From the NCBI GenBank assembly GCA_963727485.1, contig CAVSGM010000001.1, positions 288,001 through 352,000 on the forward strand: a stretch of DNA of 64,000 bases, given 5' to 3'. A program made the translations under genes and the position numbers. The first letter of the stretch is position 1; each line of letters opens with the position of its first letter. Shown here one piece after another: positions 25,701-36,345 of this stretch. Below the pieces are notes generated by a model that did not search any database, was not told the DNA's origin, and saw only the letters and a program-made list of their open reading frames with translations. The stretch is from an uncultured delta proteobacterium. GTDB lineage: Bacteria; Myxococcota; Myxococcia; SLRQ01.

Positions 25701-26810
25701 ATGGATCTCCAGCGTGCGCCGCAAGGCCGGACACAACACCAGGGTTACGCAGAGCGCGTCCGACGGAAGGTGCGGCGCTACCGGCCCGACACCGATCGCG
25801 AGGCGCTCCTCGCCTTTCGCCGGGCCGCCTGGGGGGACGTGACCCAGGCGTCGGCGGCCTATCTCGACTGGCGCTACCCGGCGACCGACGGGGAGATCCC
25901 CCTGTGGGTCGTCAGCGAGGACGGCCGCATCGTGGCCACCCAGGGCGCGGTGCCGGTGCCCCTCACCGTCGAGGGCACCGTGTACCGCGGGGCCTGGCTC
26001 ATCGAGCTCTTCGTGGACCCGAAGCACCGGTGGCGGGGCCTCGGGGCCGCGCTGACCCTGGTGGCCAGCGAGGGCTTCGAGGTGGTGATGGGCACCGAGC
26101 TCTCCGACGCCGCCTGGCAGACCTTCGACCGGGCCGGGTGGACCGATCTGGGGACCCTGCCGCTCTGGGCCCGGCCCCTCGACCTGGACGAGGTGCTGGC
26201 CACGCGCTTCCCGGGCCGGGTGCCGGAGGTGGCGCGGCGCGCGGCGGGGCCGGCGCTCCGGGCCGTCGACGCCACCGTCGACGGGCTCCTCGCCATCGCG
26301 GGCCTCGAGGTCCGGGAGGTCCGCCGCTTCGGGGACGAGGTGGACGCCCTGTGGCAGGAGGTGGGCGGGACCTCCCCGGTGATCGCCCGCCGGGACGCGG
26401 CGATCCTCAACCAGCGCTTCGCCGCCTATCCCGAGCCCGGGCGCTACCGGCTCCAGGCCTTCCACCGGGGCCGGCGCCTGGTGGGCTGGTCGGTGCTCCG
26501 CCTCGGCGAGCGCCACGGCCTGCCCTCGGGCGAGGTGGTCGACTTCCTCGCCGCGCCGGGCTTCACCCTCCCGGTGCTGGCCCGGAGCCTCCGGGTGCTC
26601 GCCCGGGCCGGGGCCCGGATGGCCTACGTGATTCATCTCGGACCCGATGCCGATGCCCTGCGGTGGCTCGGGTTCTCCCGGCGCGACACCGGCTGGCGCA
26701 CCATGGTGAACGCGCCGGGGCTCCCGGCGGCGTCGCAGGCGCGCGTCTCCCGGCGGGACGGGTGGTACCTCACCGCGGGCGACAGCAATCTCGACCGGCC
26801 ACGGGAGTGA
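25701..26810 (+). CDS. Tandem-GNAT acyltransferase
   Basis: YLDWRY, LFVDPKHRWRGLGAAL acyl-CoA motif A, second domain RRDAAILNQRF, terminal WYLTAGDS. Confidence 0.75.
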   Translation: MDLQRAPQGRTQHQGYAERVRRKVRRYRPDTDREALLAFRRAAWGDVTQASAAYLDWRYPATDGEIPLWVVSEDGRIVATQGAVPVPLTVEGTVYRGAWLIELFVDPKHRWRGLGAALTLVASEGFEVVMGTELSDAAWQTFDRAGWTDLGTLPLWARPLDLDEVLATRFPGRVPEVARRAAGPALRAVDATVDGLLAIAGLEVREVRRFGDEVDALWQEVGGTSPVIARRDAAILNQRFAAYPEPGRYRLQAFHRGRRLVGWSVLRLGERHGLPSGEVVDFLAAPGFTLPVLARSLRVLARAGARMAYVIHLGPDADALRWLGFSRRDTGWRTMVNAPGLPAASQARVSRRDGWYLTAGDSNLDRPRE

Positions 26811-26831
26811 CCGGCGCAGTCAGGGGGGCAC

Positions 26832-28772
26832 ATGTGCGGTATTGCGGGGATCCTCGACACCCGGGGTGAGGGTGTCGACACCGGCGTCCTGGAGCGGATG
26901 ATCACCACCGTCCGCCACCGGGGGCCGGACGAGGTGGGCGTGCGCACCGACGCGTACCTCGGCCTCGCCCACGCGCGCCTGTCGATCATCGACATCGACG
27001 GCGGCCGCCAGCCCATGTCCATCGACGACGGGCGCCTGTGGATCGCCTTCAACGGCGAGATCTTCAACTTCGTGGAGCTGCGCGAAGAGCTCGAGGCCAG
27101 GGGCCACCGCTTCCGCACCCGCTCGGACACCGAGGTGCTGCTGCGCCTCTACGCCGAGAAGGGCGACGACTTCGTCCACGACCTCAACGGCCAGTGGGCG
27201 CTGGCCATCTGGGACAGCCGGGCCCGCCGCCTGCTCCTCTCCCGGGACCGGGTGGGCATCGTGCCCCTCTACTGGACCCGGGTGGGCGCCCAGCTGGTCT
27301 TCGGCTCCGAGCTCAAGACCCTGCTGGCCCACCCGGACGTCCCCAGGCGCCTCGACCTCGAGGCCCTCGACGAGGTGCTCACCTTCTGGTCCCCGGTGGC
27401 CCCGCGGACCCTCCTCGAGGGCGTGAACGAGCTGCCGCCGGGGACCCAGATGGTCGTCGACGCCGCCGGCCACGTCCGCGAGCGGCGCTACTGGGCCTTC
27501 GCCCCGCGCCCCGACCCGGACCTCGGCGAGCCCGAGGAGATCGCCGCCGAGCTCCGGCGCCTCCTCCTCGACGCCACCCGCATCCGCCTGCGCTCCGACG
27601 TCCCGGTGGGCGCCTACCTCTCCGGCGGCCTCGATTCCTCGGTGATCTCCGCCCTCATCAACGAGGTCCGCGGGGAGCCGCCGAGGACCTTCTCGGTGAC
27701 CTTCTCCGACCACGAGTTCGACGAGGCGCCGTTCCAGGACGACATGGTCCGCCACCTGGGCAGCGACCACCGCCAGGTGGCCATCGGCGCCGGCGACATC
27801 GCCCGGGTCTTCCCCGACGTCATCTGGCACGGGGAGAAGCCCATCCTCCGCACCGCCCCGGCGCCGCTCTTCCTGCTCTCGGAGCTGGTCCACCGCGAGG
27901 GCTACAAGGTGGTGCTCACCGGCGAGGGCTCCGACGAGTACCTGGGCGGCTACGACATCTTCAAGGAGGCCAAGGTCCGGGCCTTCTGGGCGGCGATGCC
28001 CGCCTCGCAGCTTCGCCCCCAGCTCCTCCGGCGCCTCTACCCCTACCTGCCGAGGATGCAGGCCCAGAGCCCGGCGTTCCTCATGGCCTTCTTCCAGGTG
28101 CGCCCCGGGGCCGCCGCCGACCCCTTCTTCTCCCACCAGCCCAGGTGGCAGCTCACCAGCCGCATCAAGCCTTTGCTCTCCGATGCGGTGCGCGCGGATC
28201 TCGGCGATCGCGACGCGGTGGCCGAGCTCTCGACCCGGGTGCCCGCGGACTTCGGGAGCTGGGACCCCTTCTCCCGGGCCCAGTGGCTCGAGGCCACCCT
28301 GCTCATGCCCGGCTACATCCTCTCGTCCCAGGGCGACCGGATGGCCATGGGCCACGCGGTGGAGGGGCGCTTCCCGTTCCTCGATCACCGGGTCATCGAG
28401 CTCGCCGCCCGGATGCCGGTGAAGGTGAAGATGCGCGGCCTCGACGAGAAGCACGTCCTCAAGGCCGCGGCCAAGGGGCTCATCCCCGAGTCGGTGCGCC
28501 GGCGCAAGAAGCAGCCCTACCGCGCCCCCGACGCGGCGAGCTTCTTCGGCGACGGCGCCCCCGAGTGGGTCGACGCGATGCTCTCCGAGACGGCGCTGCG
28601 CGAGGCCGGTCTCTTCAATCCCCGGGCGGTGGCGCACCTCACGGCCAAGGCCCGCGCCGGTCGCGCCGCCGGCGCCCGGGACAACATGGCGCTGGTGGGA
28701 GTCCTCTCCGCCCAGCTCTTCCACGATCAGTTCATCTCCCACAACCGGAGGCTCACCGATGCAGGCCATTGA
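26832..28772 (+). CDS. asnB: Asparagine synthase (glutamine-hydrolysing)-like amidotransferase
   Basis: N-terminal MCGIAG, HRGPD, RLSIID, NGEIFN, SDTEV, LSGGLDSS, LTGEGSDE, RFPFLD. Confidence 0.93.
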   Translation: MCGIAGILDTRGEGVDTGVLERMITTVRHRGPDEVGVRTDAYLGLAHARLSIIDIDGGRQPMSIDDGRLWIAFNGEIFNFVELREELEARGHRFRTRSDTEVLLRLYAEKGDDFVHDLNGQWALAIWDSRARRLLLSRDRVGIVPLYWTRVGAQLVFGSELKTLLAHPDVPRRLDLEALDEVLTFWSPVAPRTLLEGVNELPPGTQMVVDAAGHVRERRYWAFAPRPDPDLGEPEEIAAELRRLLLDATRIRLRSDVPVGAYLSGGLDSSVISALINEVRGEPPRTFSVTFSDHEFDEAPFQDDMVRHLGSDHRQVAIGAGDIARVFPDVIWHGEKPILRTAPAPLFLLSELVHREGYKVVLTGEGSDEYLGGYDIFKEAKVRAFWAAMPASQLRPQLLRRLYPYLPRMQAQSPAFLMAFFQVRPGAAADPFFSHQPRWQLTSRIKPLLSDAVRADLGDRDAVAELSTRVPADFGSWDPFSRAQWLEATLLMPGYILSSQGDRMAMGHAVEGRFPFLDHRVIELAARMPVKVKMRGLDEKHVLKAAAKGLIPESVRRRKKQPYRAPDAASFFGDGAPEWVDAMLSETALREAGLFNPRAVAHLTAKARAGRAAGARDNMALVGVLSAQLFHDQFISHNRRLTDAGH

Positions 28773-29022
28773 GACCGAGATCAGGCAGTTCGTGGTGGAC
28801 AACTTCCTCTTCGGCCGGGACGAGCCGAAGCTCCGTCCCGACGACTCCTTCCTCGACGCCGGCGTCATCGACTCCACCGGCGTCCTGGAGCTGGTGAGCT
28901 TCCTCGAGCGTCACTTCGGGATCCAGGTGGACGACGCCGACCTCGTCCCCGAGAACCTCGACTCCATCGCCGGCATCGTGCGCTACGTGTCGGGCAAGCG
29001 CCCCGCGGTGGCCCAGGCCTGA
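28759..29022 (+). CDS. Acyl carrier protein
   Basis: 87 aa, acidic; GVIDSTGVLELV phosphopantetheine Ser; PENLDSI. Confidence 0.92.
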   Translation: MQAIETEIRQFVVDNFLFGRDEPKLRPDDSFLDAGVIDSTGVLELVSFLERHFGIQVDDADLVPENLDSIAGIVRYVSGKRPAVAQA

Positions 29023-29030
29023 AGGAGGGC

Positions 29031-30587
29031 GTGATGCTGCTCGAAGGCTTCCTGGAGCAAAGCGCGAGCGCCCGGCCCGACCACCTGGCGCTGGTCGCCG
29101 GCGAGGCGCGGCTGACCTATGCCGAGGTGGAGGCGAGGGCCAACGCGCTCGCCCACGGCCTCCAGGACCTGGGGGTCCGCCGGGGCGACCGGGTGCTCAT
29201 CCACCTGGAGAACGGCGTCGACGCGGTACTGGCGATCTTCGCCACCCTCAAGGCCGGGGCGACCTTCGTGATGGTCAACCCCACGGCCAAGAGCCACCGC
29301 CTCGCCTACCTCCTCGAGGACACCCGGGCCACCGCGCTGTTCACCGACCCCAGAAGGCTCACCGCCACCTCCGGGGCCTGGGCGCTCTCACCCCACCTCC
29401 TCGCGGTGGTGGTCGCCGGCGACCCCGAGGACCCGGTGGGCGCCGACGGCAAGCGCCTCGCGGGCCTCGACGGGCTCCTCGCCGCCTTCCGCGACCGGGC
29501 GGACGCCCCGCCCCCCAAGCGGCACATCGACCAGGACCTCGCCGCCCTCATCTACACCTCGGGCTCCACCGGGAGCCCCAAGGGCGTGATGTCCACCCAC
29601 CGGAACATGCGCTTCGCCGCCCGGTCGATCCTCACCTACCTGGAGAACGTGCCCGAGGACGTCCTCCTCCTGGTGCTGCCGCTGTCCTTCGACTACGGCC
29701 TCTACCAGGTGCTCATGGCGTTCGCCGTGGGGGCCACGGTGGTGGTGGAGCGCGGCTTCACCTACCCCCACGCGGTGTTGAACCGGGCGGTGGCCGAAGG
29801 GGTCACGGGCCTGCCGGTGGTGCCCACGCTCCTGGCGATGCTCCTCGAGCTCGACCTCGAGCGCTACGACCTCTCGAAGCTGCGCTACCTCACCAACACC
29901 GGCGCGGCGCTCCCGGTGGAGCACATCCGCCAGGTGCGCCAGCGCCTGCCGGGGATGCGCGTCTACTCCATGTACGGCCTCACCGAGTGCAAGCGCGTGG
30001 CCTACCTCCCGCCCGAGGAGATCGACGCCCGCCCCGGCTCGGTGGGCCGGGCCATCCCCGGCACCGAGGTCTACCTGGTCGACGACGAGGGCCACCGCCT
30101 CGGCCCCGGGCAGGTGGGCCAGCTGGTGGTCCGCGGCAGCCACGTGATGCGCGGCTACTGGGAGCGCCCGGAGGACACCGACCGGGTCTACCGCCCGGGC
30201 CCCATCCCCGGCGAGAAGGTGCTCCACACCGGCGACCTCTTCCGCCAGGACGACGAGGGCTTCCTCTACTTCGTCGGCCGGCGCGACGACATCATCAAGT
30301 CCCGGGGCGAGAAGGTCAGCCCCCGGGAGGTGGAGGACGTGCTCCACGCCATGCCCGGCATCGCCGAGGCGGCGGTGGTCGGCGTCCCCAATCCCTTCCT
30401 CGGCCAGGCGGTGAAGGCGGTGGTCCGGGCGGTCCCCGGCGCCACCCTCACCGAGCCCGAGGTCCGTGCTCACTGCCGCCGCCACCTCGAGGACTTCATG
30501 GTCCCCTCGTCGGTGGAGGTGGTGGACGAGCTTCCCCGCACGCCCAACGGAAAGATCGACAAGGCGCGTCTCACCCGCGCGCCTTGA
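29031..30587 (+). CDS. AMP-dependent acyl/aminoacyl ligase (adenylation enzyme)
   Basis: YTSGSTGSPKG, LSFDYG, MYGLTE, HTGDL, GRRDDIIK, PRTPNGKIDK. Confidence 0.92.
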   Translation: MMLLEGFLEQSASARPDHLALVAGEARLTYAEVEARANALAHGLQDLGVRRGDRVLIHLENGVDAVLAIFATLKAGATFVMVNPTAKSHRLAYLLEDTRATALFTDPRRLTATSGAWALSPHLLAVVVAGDPEDPVGADGKRLAGLDGLLAAFRDRADAPPPKRHIDQDLAALIYTSGSTGSPKGVMSTHRNMRFAARSILTYLENVPEDVLLLVLPLSFDYGLYQVLMAFAVGATVVVERGFTYPHAVLNRAVAEGVTGLPVVPTLLAMLLELDLERYDLSKLRYLTNTGAALPVEHIRQVRQRLPGMRVYSMYGLTECKRVAYLPPEEIDARPGSVGRAIPGTEVYLVDDEGHRLGPGQVGQLVVRGSHVMRGYWERPEDTDRVYRPGPIPGEKVLHTGDLFRQDDEGFLYFVGRRDDIIKSRGEKVSPREVEDVLHAMPGIAEAAVVGVPNPFLGQAVKAVVRAVPGATLTEPEVRAHCRRHLEDFMVPSSVEVVDELPRTPNGKIDKARLTRAP

Positions 30588-30599
30588 GGAGGTGACCCG

Positions 30600-31652
30600 A
30601 TGACCACCCAGCGCTTCTCCCCCGACGTCCTCGAGCTCGACACCGCCAAGGAGACCGCGCGGATCGTCGACGCCATTCGCGACCAGGTCTTCGCCACCCT
30701 CCACAAGAAGGGCGTGGTGGTGGGGCTCTCAGGCGGCATCGACTCCTCGGTGACCGCGGCGCTGTGCGCCCGGGCGCTGGGCCCCGAGCGGGTGGTGGGC
30801 CTGCTCATGCCCGAGGGCGAGAGCGCCGGCGACACCCTGCGCCTCTCGCACCTGGCCGCCGCGCGCATCGACGTCGCCACCGTCCTCGAGGACATCACCA
30901 TGATCCTCGAGGCCACCGGCTGCTATCGCCGCCGCGACACCGCCATCCGCAAGGTGATGCCCGAGTACGGCCCCCTCTACCGGGCGACCCTCGCCCACTC
31001 CAACGTCCTCGACCACGACGGGATGCTCACCTACAGCCTCCTGGTCGCCGACCCCGAGGGCAACCGCAGCCACCGCCGGCTCACCCCCGAGGCGTTCCTG
31101 GAGATCGTCGCCGCCACCAGCTTCAAGCAGCGGGTGCGCAAGATGATGGAGTACCACCACGCCGACCGCCTCGGCTTCGCCGTCGCCGGGACCCCCAACC
31201 GCCTGGAGTACGACCAGGGCTTCTTCGTGAGGAACGGCGACGGGGCCGCCGACCTCAAGCCCATCGCCCACCTCTACAAGACCCAGGTCTACGCCCTGGC
31301 CGAGTACCTGGCGGTGCCCGAGGAGATCCGCGCCCGGCCGCCGACCACCGACACCTACCCCCTGGAGGCGTCCCAGGACGAGTTCTTCTTCCCCCTGCCC
31401 TACAAGGAGATGGATCTCACCATGTGGGGCCTCGACCACTCGGTGCCCGCCGGCGAGGTGGCCGAGGTCATCGGCAAGACCGAGAAGCAGGTGGCGAGGG
31501 TCTACCGGCACATCCAGCAGCGCCGGGTGGCGACCCGGAGCCTGCACCTGGCGCCCCTGACCGTGGAGCCGGTGCTCGCCGAGCTCCCGGCGAAGGACGG
31601 GCCCCGGCGCGCCGGCCGGCCGGCGGGCAACGGCGCACATCTGAGGACCTAG
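30600..31652 (+). CDS. nadE: NH3-dependent NAD+ synthetase-like ATP pyrophosphatase (cassette-associated)
   Basis: GLSGGIDSS PP-loop, KQRVRK, GTPNRLE, GFFVRNGDG, PIAHLYKTQVY, PPTTDT. Confidence 0.82.
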   Translation: MTTQRFSPDVLELDTAKETARIVDAIRDQVFATLHKKGVVVGLSGGIDSSVTAALCARALGPERVVGLLMPEGESAGDTLRLSHLAAARIDVATVLEDITMILEATGCYRRRDTAIRKVMPEYGPLYRATLAHSNVLDHDGMLTYSLLVADPEGNRSHRRLTPEAFLEIVAATSFKQRVRKMMEYHHADRLGFAVAGTPNRLEYDQGFFVRNGDGAADLKPIAHLYKTQVYALAEYLAVPEEIRARPPTTDTYPLEASQDEFFFPLPYKEMDLTMWGLDHSVPAGEVAEVIGKTEKQVARVYRHIQQRRVATRSLHLAPLTVEPVLAELPAKDGPRRAGRPAGNGAHLRT

Positions 31653-31664
31653 GCGGGCCAGACC

Positions 31665-32888
31665 TCACTTGGCCAGGTAGGGGCGCACCAGCCCCCCGGG
31701 GTGGCGGAGGATCCGCGCGGCGAAGGCCAGCGACGGCAGGGGATCCGCCGGGTCGTGGACGATGTCCACGTGGGGCCGGCGCCGGGCCTCGAGGTAGGCG
31801 CCGAGGCGCGCCCGGCGCCCGGGCCCCCGGGCCACGCCCACCCACTGGCCCACGTGCCAGGGGATGCCGTTGACGAAGACCTCGGGCCCCCCGGCGGCCT
31901 CGGCGGTCGCCGCGACCTGGCCCAGGGTGGCGCGGTACCAGATGAGGGGCAGGTCCACCTGCCGGGCCACGTCGAAGCGGATCTGGCCGTGGGCCCGGGG
32001 GTTCAGGTCGATGGCGAGGGTGGTGCCGTCCCGGAGGCGGACCAGCTCCAGCTCGAAGAGCCCCCGGCCGAGGATGCGCCGGACCACGGTCACCGCGGTG
32101 TCCAGGACCTCGGCGCCGGCGAACGGCTCGAAGACCGTGCCCACGCCCACCCGCGGCGGCCACTGCCCGCGCTTGACGTGACCGGTGCGGGCGAGGAGGA
32201 CGCCGCCATCGCCGAGCATCCCGCTCACCGCCACCAGGTCCTCGACCCCGGCGCCGATCCACGCCTGGATCACCGGGAGCCCCAGGTCGTTGCGGCGCAG
32301 GAGCCGGCGCCAGGCGTCCGGGACCGGGTAGGGGCGGAAGGCGGCGCGAAGCTCGCGGGCGTCGTTGACCACCACCCCCCGGGCGAGGGGCACCGCCACG
32401 TGGCTTTGGGGCTTGAGCACCACCGGGTAGGGGAGCTCACCGGCGACCTCGAGGGCCGCCTCCACCGACGGCGGCGCCAGGGTGAAGGGCGTGGCGACGC
32501 CGGCGGCGCGGCAGGCCTCGTCGAAGCGGTCCTTGAAGAGGGTCGCCTCCACCGCCGCCCGCCCCGGGAGCACCGCCCGCACCGCCGGCGGCAGCCGGTC
32601 CCGGACCAGGGACAGGTAGAAGGCGATGAGGTCCGAGGTGGGCGCGACCCGGAGGAGGCGGCCGGCGGCGACCTCGGCCTCGAGCCAGGGGAGGAAGCGC
32701 CCCGGGTCCGCCGGGTCGGGGCTGCGCCGGTAGCCGGTGTGCCACCGGGAGAGCCGGGCGGCGGGCAGGGCGCTGGGGCCGCTGACGATCACCGGGACCC
32801 CGGCCCGGCCCAGGGAGCGGACGAAGGCGAGGGCGCCGGGGCTGTCGGCGTCGAAGACGGTGACCGGGGGCAGGGCGCTGGGGCGCAT
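31665..32888 (-). CDS. ATP-grasp carboxylate-amine ligase (D-aspartate-ligase-like)
   Basis: Start MRPSALPP at 32888; ALAFVRSLGRAGV, PTSD, YPVVLKP, VIQAWI, FELEL, IDLNPR, DPADPLP. Confidence 0.8.
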   Translation of the reverse strand: MRPSALPPVTVFDADSPGALAFVRSLGRAGVPVIVSGPSALPAARLSRWHTGYRRSPDPADPGRFLPWLEAEVAAGRLLRVAPTSDLIAFYLSLVRDRLPPAVRAVLPGRAAVEATLFKDRFDEACRAAGVATPFTLAPPSVEAALEVAGELPYPVVLKPQSHVAVPLARGVVVNDARELRAAFRPYPVPDAWRRLLRRNDLGLPVIQAWIGAGVEDLVAVSGMLGDGGVLLARTGHVKRGQWPPRVGVGTVFEPFAGAEVLDTAVTVVRRILGRGLFELELVRLRDGTTLAIDLNPRAHGQIRFDVARQVDLPLIWYRATLGQVAATAEAAGGPEVFVNGIPWHVGQWVGVARGPGRRARLGAYLEARRRPHVDIVHDPADPLPSLAFAARILRHPGGLVRPYLAK

Positions 32889-33655
32889 CACCGGGCCCCC
32901 TGCAGGCGGCGCCGGGCGCGGAGCTGACGCCACACGATGCCCAGGAACTTCGGGTCCCGGACCAGGTACCGGCGCCAGAGGCGGCGGGGCTCGTGGACCA
33001 GCCGGTAGAACCACTCCAGCCCCAGGCGCGAGACCCACCGCGGCGCCCGGCGCACCACCCCGGCGACGAAGTCCAGGGAGGCGCCGATCCCGAGCGCCAC
33101 CGCCGGGCCCAGGCGCGCGGCGTGGTGATGGATCCACAGCTCCTGCTTGGGGCAGCCCAGCGCCACCAGCACCAGGTCCGGGTGGGCGGCCCGGATCCGG
33201 TCGGCGGCGGCGGCGGCCTCGGCGTCGTCGGGGGCGGCGATGCGCGGGGCGTCGACCCCGGCGATGCGCAGGGCCGGCAGCCGCGCCCGGAGCACCGCCG
33301 CCGCCTTCTCCCCCACCCCCGGGGCGCCGCCGAGGAGGTAGACCGACCACCCCCGGGAGGCGGCCAGCGCCAGGAGCGGCTCCACCAAATCCGAGCCCGA
33401 GACCTTCGCGGGCAGGGGCCGGCCCAAGAGCCGGCTGGCCCAGAGGATGGGCATCCCGTCGGCGAGCGAGAGGGCGGCCTCGGCGTAGGCGGCCTTCAGC
33501 GCCGGCTCGACCTCGGCGAGGACCACGTGGTCGACGTTGGGCGTGAGCACGTAGCCGCCGTGGCGCGCCTCCACCAGGGTGCCGATGGCGTCGAGGGCCC
33601 CGGCGAAGGTCACCTCGTCCACCGTGACCGCGCCCACCTGCATCATCGCTCGCAT
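32888..33655 (-). CDS. WecB/TagA/CpsF (GT26) glycosyltransferase, EpsA-like
   Basis: TPNVDH, ADGMP, KVSGSDL, ALGCPKQELW, RAPRW..LGLEWFYRL..EPRRLWRRY. Confidence 0.93.
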   Translation of the reverse strand: MRAMMQVGAVTVDEVTFAGALDAIGTLVEARHGGYVLTPNVDHVVLAEVEPALKAAYAEAALSLADGMPILWASRLLGRPLPAKVSGSDLVEPLLALAASRGWSVYLLGGAPGVGEKAAAVLRARLPALRIAGVDAPRIAAPDDAEAAAAADRIRAAHPDLVLVALGCPKQELWIHHHAARLGPAVALGIGASLDFVAGVVRRAPRWVSRLGLEWFYRLVHEPRRLWRRYLVRDPKFLGIVWRQLRARRRLQGAR

Positions 33656-33683
33656 CGTGTTTCCCCCCTCTGGTGATCGGCGC

Positions 33684-35370
33684 CTACGGCGCCAGGACGT
33701 AGGTGGTGACGCTCATCGCCGGCAGGGTGTCCCGGAAGCCGTTGGCCACCACGGGCTTCAGGGTCCCCGCGGGGACGGGCGCCGGCTTCGCCCGCGTGAG
33801 GCGGAACACCCGGGCGCCTTCGAGGCACGAGGCCCCGGAGACGCGGAGGGCCACCGTCAGCGGCGCGCTCGACTTGTTGAGGGCCACCACCGTGACCCGT
33901 CCCGGGTGGGCGGTGTCGGTGGCCGCGTAGACGGTGACCCGGGCGAGCTTTGGGGTGGTCGCCTTCACCGAGGTGTCCCCGAAGGCCAGCCCGTGGCCGT
34001 CGAGGTCCCGGTACATGGCGAAGGCCGGGTAGATGAAGGCGTGGGGCCGGTCGGCGGTCCACACCGCGGCGGCGAAGAGCCCCTCGCGGCCGAAGATCCC
34101 CAGGGCGTCGGCCTGGGCCAGGGCCCCGGAGATGTCGTCGCCGCCGCCGAAGAAGTACTCGCTGATGGCGAGCTTCGTCCCCGGGTCGTGGCGGGCGATG
34201 AGCGCGAAGAGCCGGGGGATGAGGCGGATGGGGCCGCCGGTGCCCGCGCGGCTCACCCAGGAGCCCTCGTCGTAGCCCGGATCCCAGAGCGAGCGGGTGG
34301 ACTGGAGCCGGGCGGCGACCACCGCGGGGCTGGCGTCGGGGCTGGAGGTGCGCTTTCCGCCCGCGCGGACCTCCGGGTACCAGTGGACGTCGAGGACGTC
34401 GAGGAGCCGGTGGCCGCCCTCGGCGCTCGCCCGGCGCATGGCGTCGAGGTAGGCGGCGAGGAAGAACCGGCCGTGGCCGTCGGGGGCGCGCTGGAGGTTC
34501 GCCATCCCCATCCACCCGTAGCTCGCCGGGCCGAAGGTGAGCGCCCGCCGGTCCACCGCCTTCACCGCCTGGGCCAGGGCCACCGAGCGGGAGATGAGCT
34601 CCTCGTAGCCGGTGGGGTCGGGGTGGATCCGGGCGTGGGTCGAGGGCCAGAGCGCCGGCTCGTTGTCGAGGCTGTAGAAGATCCGCGAGGGGCCCGTGTC
34701 GGCGTCGGGGAAGCGCTTCTCCAGCCAGGCCACCAGCTCGTCCTGGTAGACCACCCCGTCCTTCAGGTCCGGGGGGTAGACGAAGGGCGCGTTCTTCTTC
34801 GGGGCGTTCCGGACGAAGCGACGGTCCCGGTAGTCGGGGGTCTTCGCCACGTCGCCGTCCTTGCCCTTGTCCGCGGCGACCCGCTCGAGGAGCGGGAGGG
34901 TGACCAGGATGCTCGCCCGGTGGGCCCGGGCCTCGTCGACCCGCTCGCGCACGGCGGCCCCGGGGACGTCGCCGCCGCCGAGGAGCCCGTCGTTCTGGTG
35001 GTGCCAGTCGCTGCCGGCGTTGGAGGCGTTGTTCTCCCAGTCGTAGGTGCTCCAGCGGTTCCCCCCGGCGCGGACGAAGGTCAGGCCCTCCACCGCGCGG
35101 GTCCACTTCCAGTCGTGGGAGAGGTTGGAGCCGTAGACGTAGGGCGAGATGGGGTGGACCGCCTCGTTCACCGAGACGTCCAGGGTCATCGCCACCCCGG
35201 GCACCCGGCCGGCCACCACGTTCGCCTGGCCCGGGCGGCAGGTGCCCGAGCCCGCCTCCGCCTGGGCGAGGGACTGGGCGGCGGCGGGGCGGGCGCCGAC
35301 GGTGCAGCCGCCGACGAGGAGCGCCAGGGTGAGGACGCCCAGGGCCCGGGCCCGATCCCGGGCCTTGCCG
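33684..35370 (-). CDS. Glycoside hydrolase family 44 (exported; start codon unresolved)
   Basis: HPISPYVYG, GGNRWSTYDWENNASNAGSDW, LDNEPALW, LDVHWYPE, LAISEY, QADALGIFG. A lipoprotein-like LALLVGGC segment has no in-frame ATG; the track ORF extension to 36119 is not credible. Confidence 0.85.
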
Positions 35371-35399
35371 CAGTCGCCCGGCGGAAATAACTGGCGACC

Positions 35400-36345
35400 A
35401 TGACCCCTCTGTCGGCCAGCCTCCGCGCGGCCACCCGGGACGTGGTCCTGGGCGCCGGCCCCCGGCTGCCCCGGAGCGCGGTGGCCGGGCTCCTCCGGCG
35501 CGCCACCCGTGGCCTCGAGGTGGCTCTCTGCCTCCACCGGGTGGGCCCGGTCCGGGCCACCGATCCCCTGCCGTGGATGACCATCCCGGAGGACACCCTC
35601 GACGACTTCCTCGAGCTCGCCCGGGGTGTGAGGCTCACCGTCACCTTCGACGACGGCTACGCCGACGCGGTGGCCTGGCTCCGGGCGCGGGCGCCGCGCC
35701 ACCCGGAGGTGGACTTCGTCCTCTTCGTCTGCCCCGAGAAGCTGGAGACCCGGGCGGGCTTTCGCTGGGATCTCTTCGAGCGCCGCCGCGCCGAGGGCGC
35801 CGATCCCGGGCCCCTGCGGCCCTTCGTCGACGCGCCCTTCGATCCCGGGTCGGAGAACCATCGGCCCGAGCTCGTGGGCCTCGCCGACCGGCCGGAGCTG
35901 GCGCTGGCCACCGTCGAGGCCTGCCGGGAGATGGCGGCCCTGCGAAACGTCCGCCTCGGCGACCACGGCGACACCCACCTGCGCCTCACCGGCCTCGCCC
36001 CCGAGGTCGCCCGCGCCGAGCTCGAGGCCTCGGCGGCCCACTTCGCGGCGCGCTTCGGGCCTGCCGAGGACTTCGCCTTCCCCTTCGGGGTGCCGGGGAG
36101 GGACTACGACGGGACCCACGTGGCCACCCTGCGGAGGCTGGGCTACCGCCGGCTGTGGAGCACGGCGCCCCGGGCGTTCCGGCCCGAGGCCCGATCGGGC
36201 GAGTCAGGTGCTGCCGAGGTTTCCGGTGATGGGGAACTGGCATGCGAAGGCCCTCGCGGTGTGGGTGGCGGCGTCGGCCATGAGGCGGGGGCCCCTAGAG
36301 GACCCCGTGCTCGACGAGATAGCGGCGGGTGCGCTGGGCCAGTGA
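35400..36345 (+). CDS. Polysaccharide deacetylase (CE4/NodB) family (probable indel near 36190)
   Basis: CLHRV, TVTFDDGY, DHGDTH, FAFPFG. A one-base shift gives the family-typical VLPRFPV... ending at TGA 36345. Confidence 0.78.
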
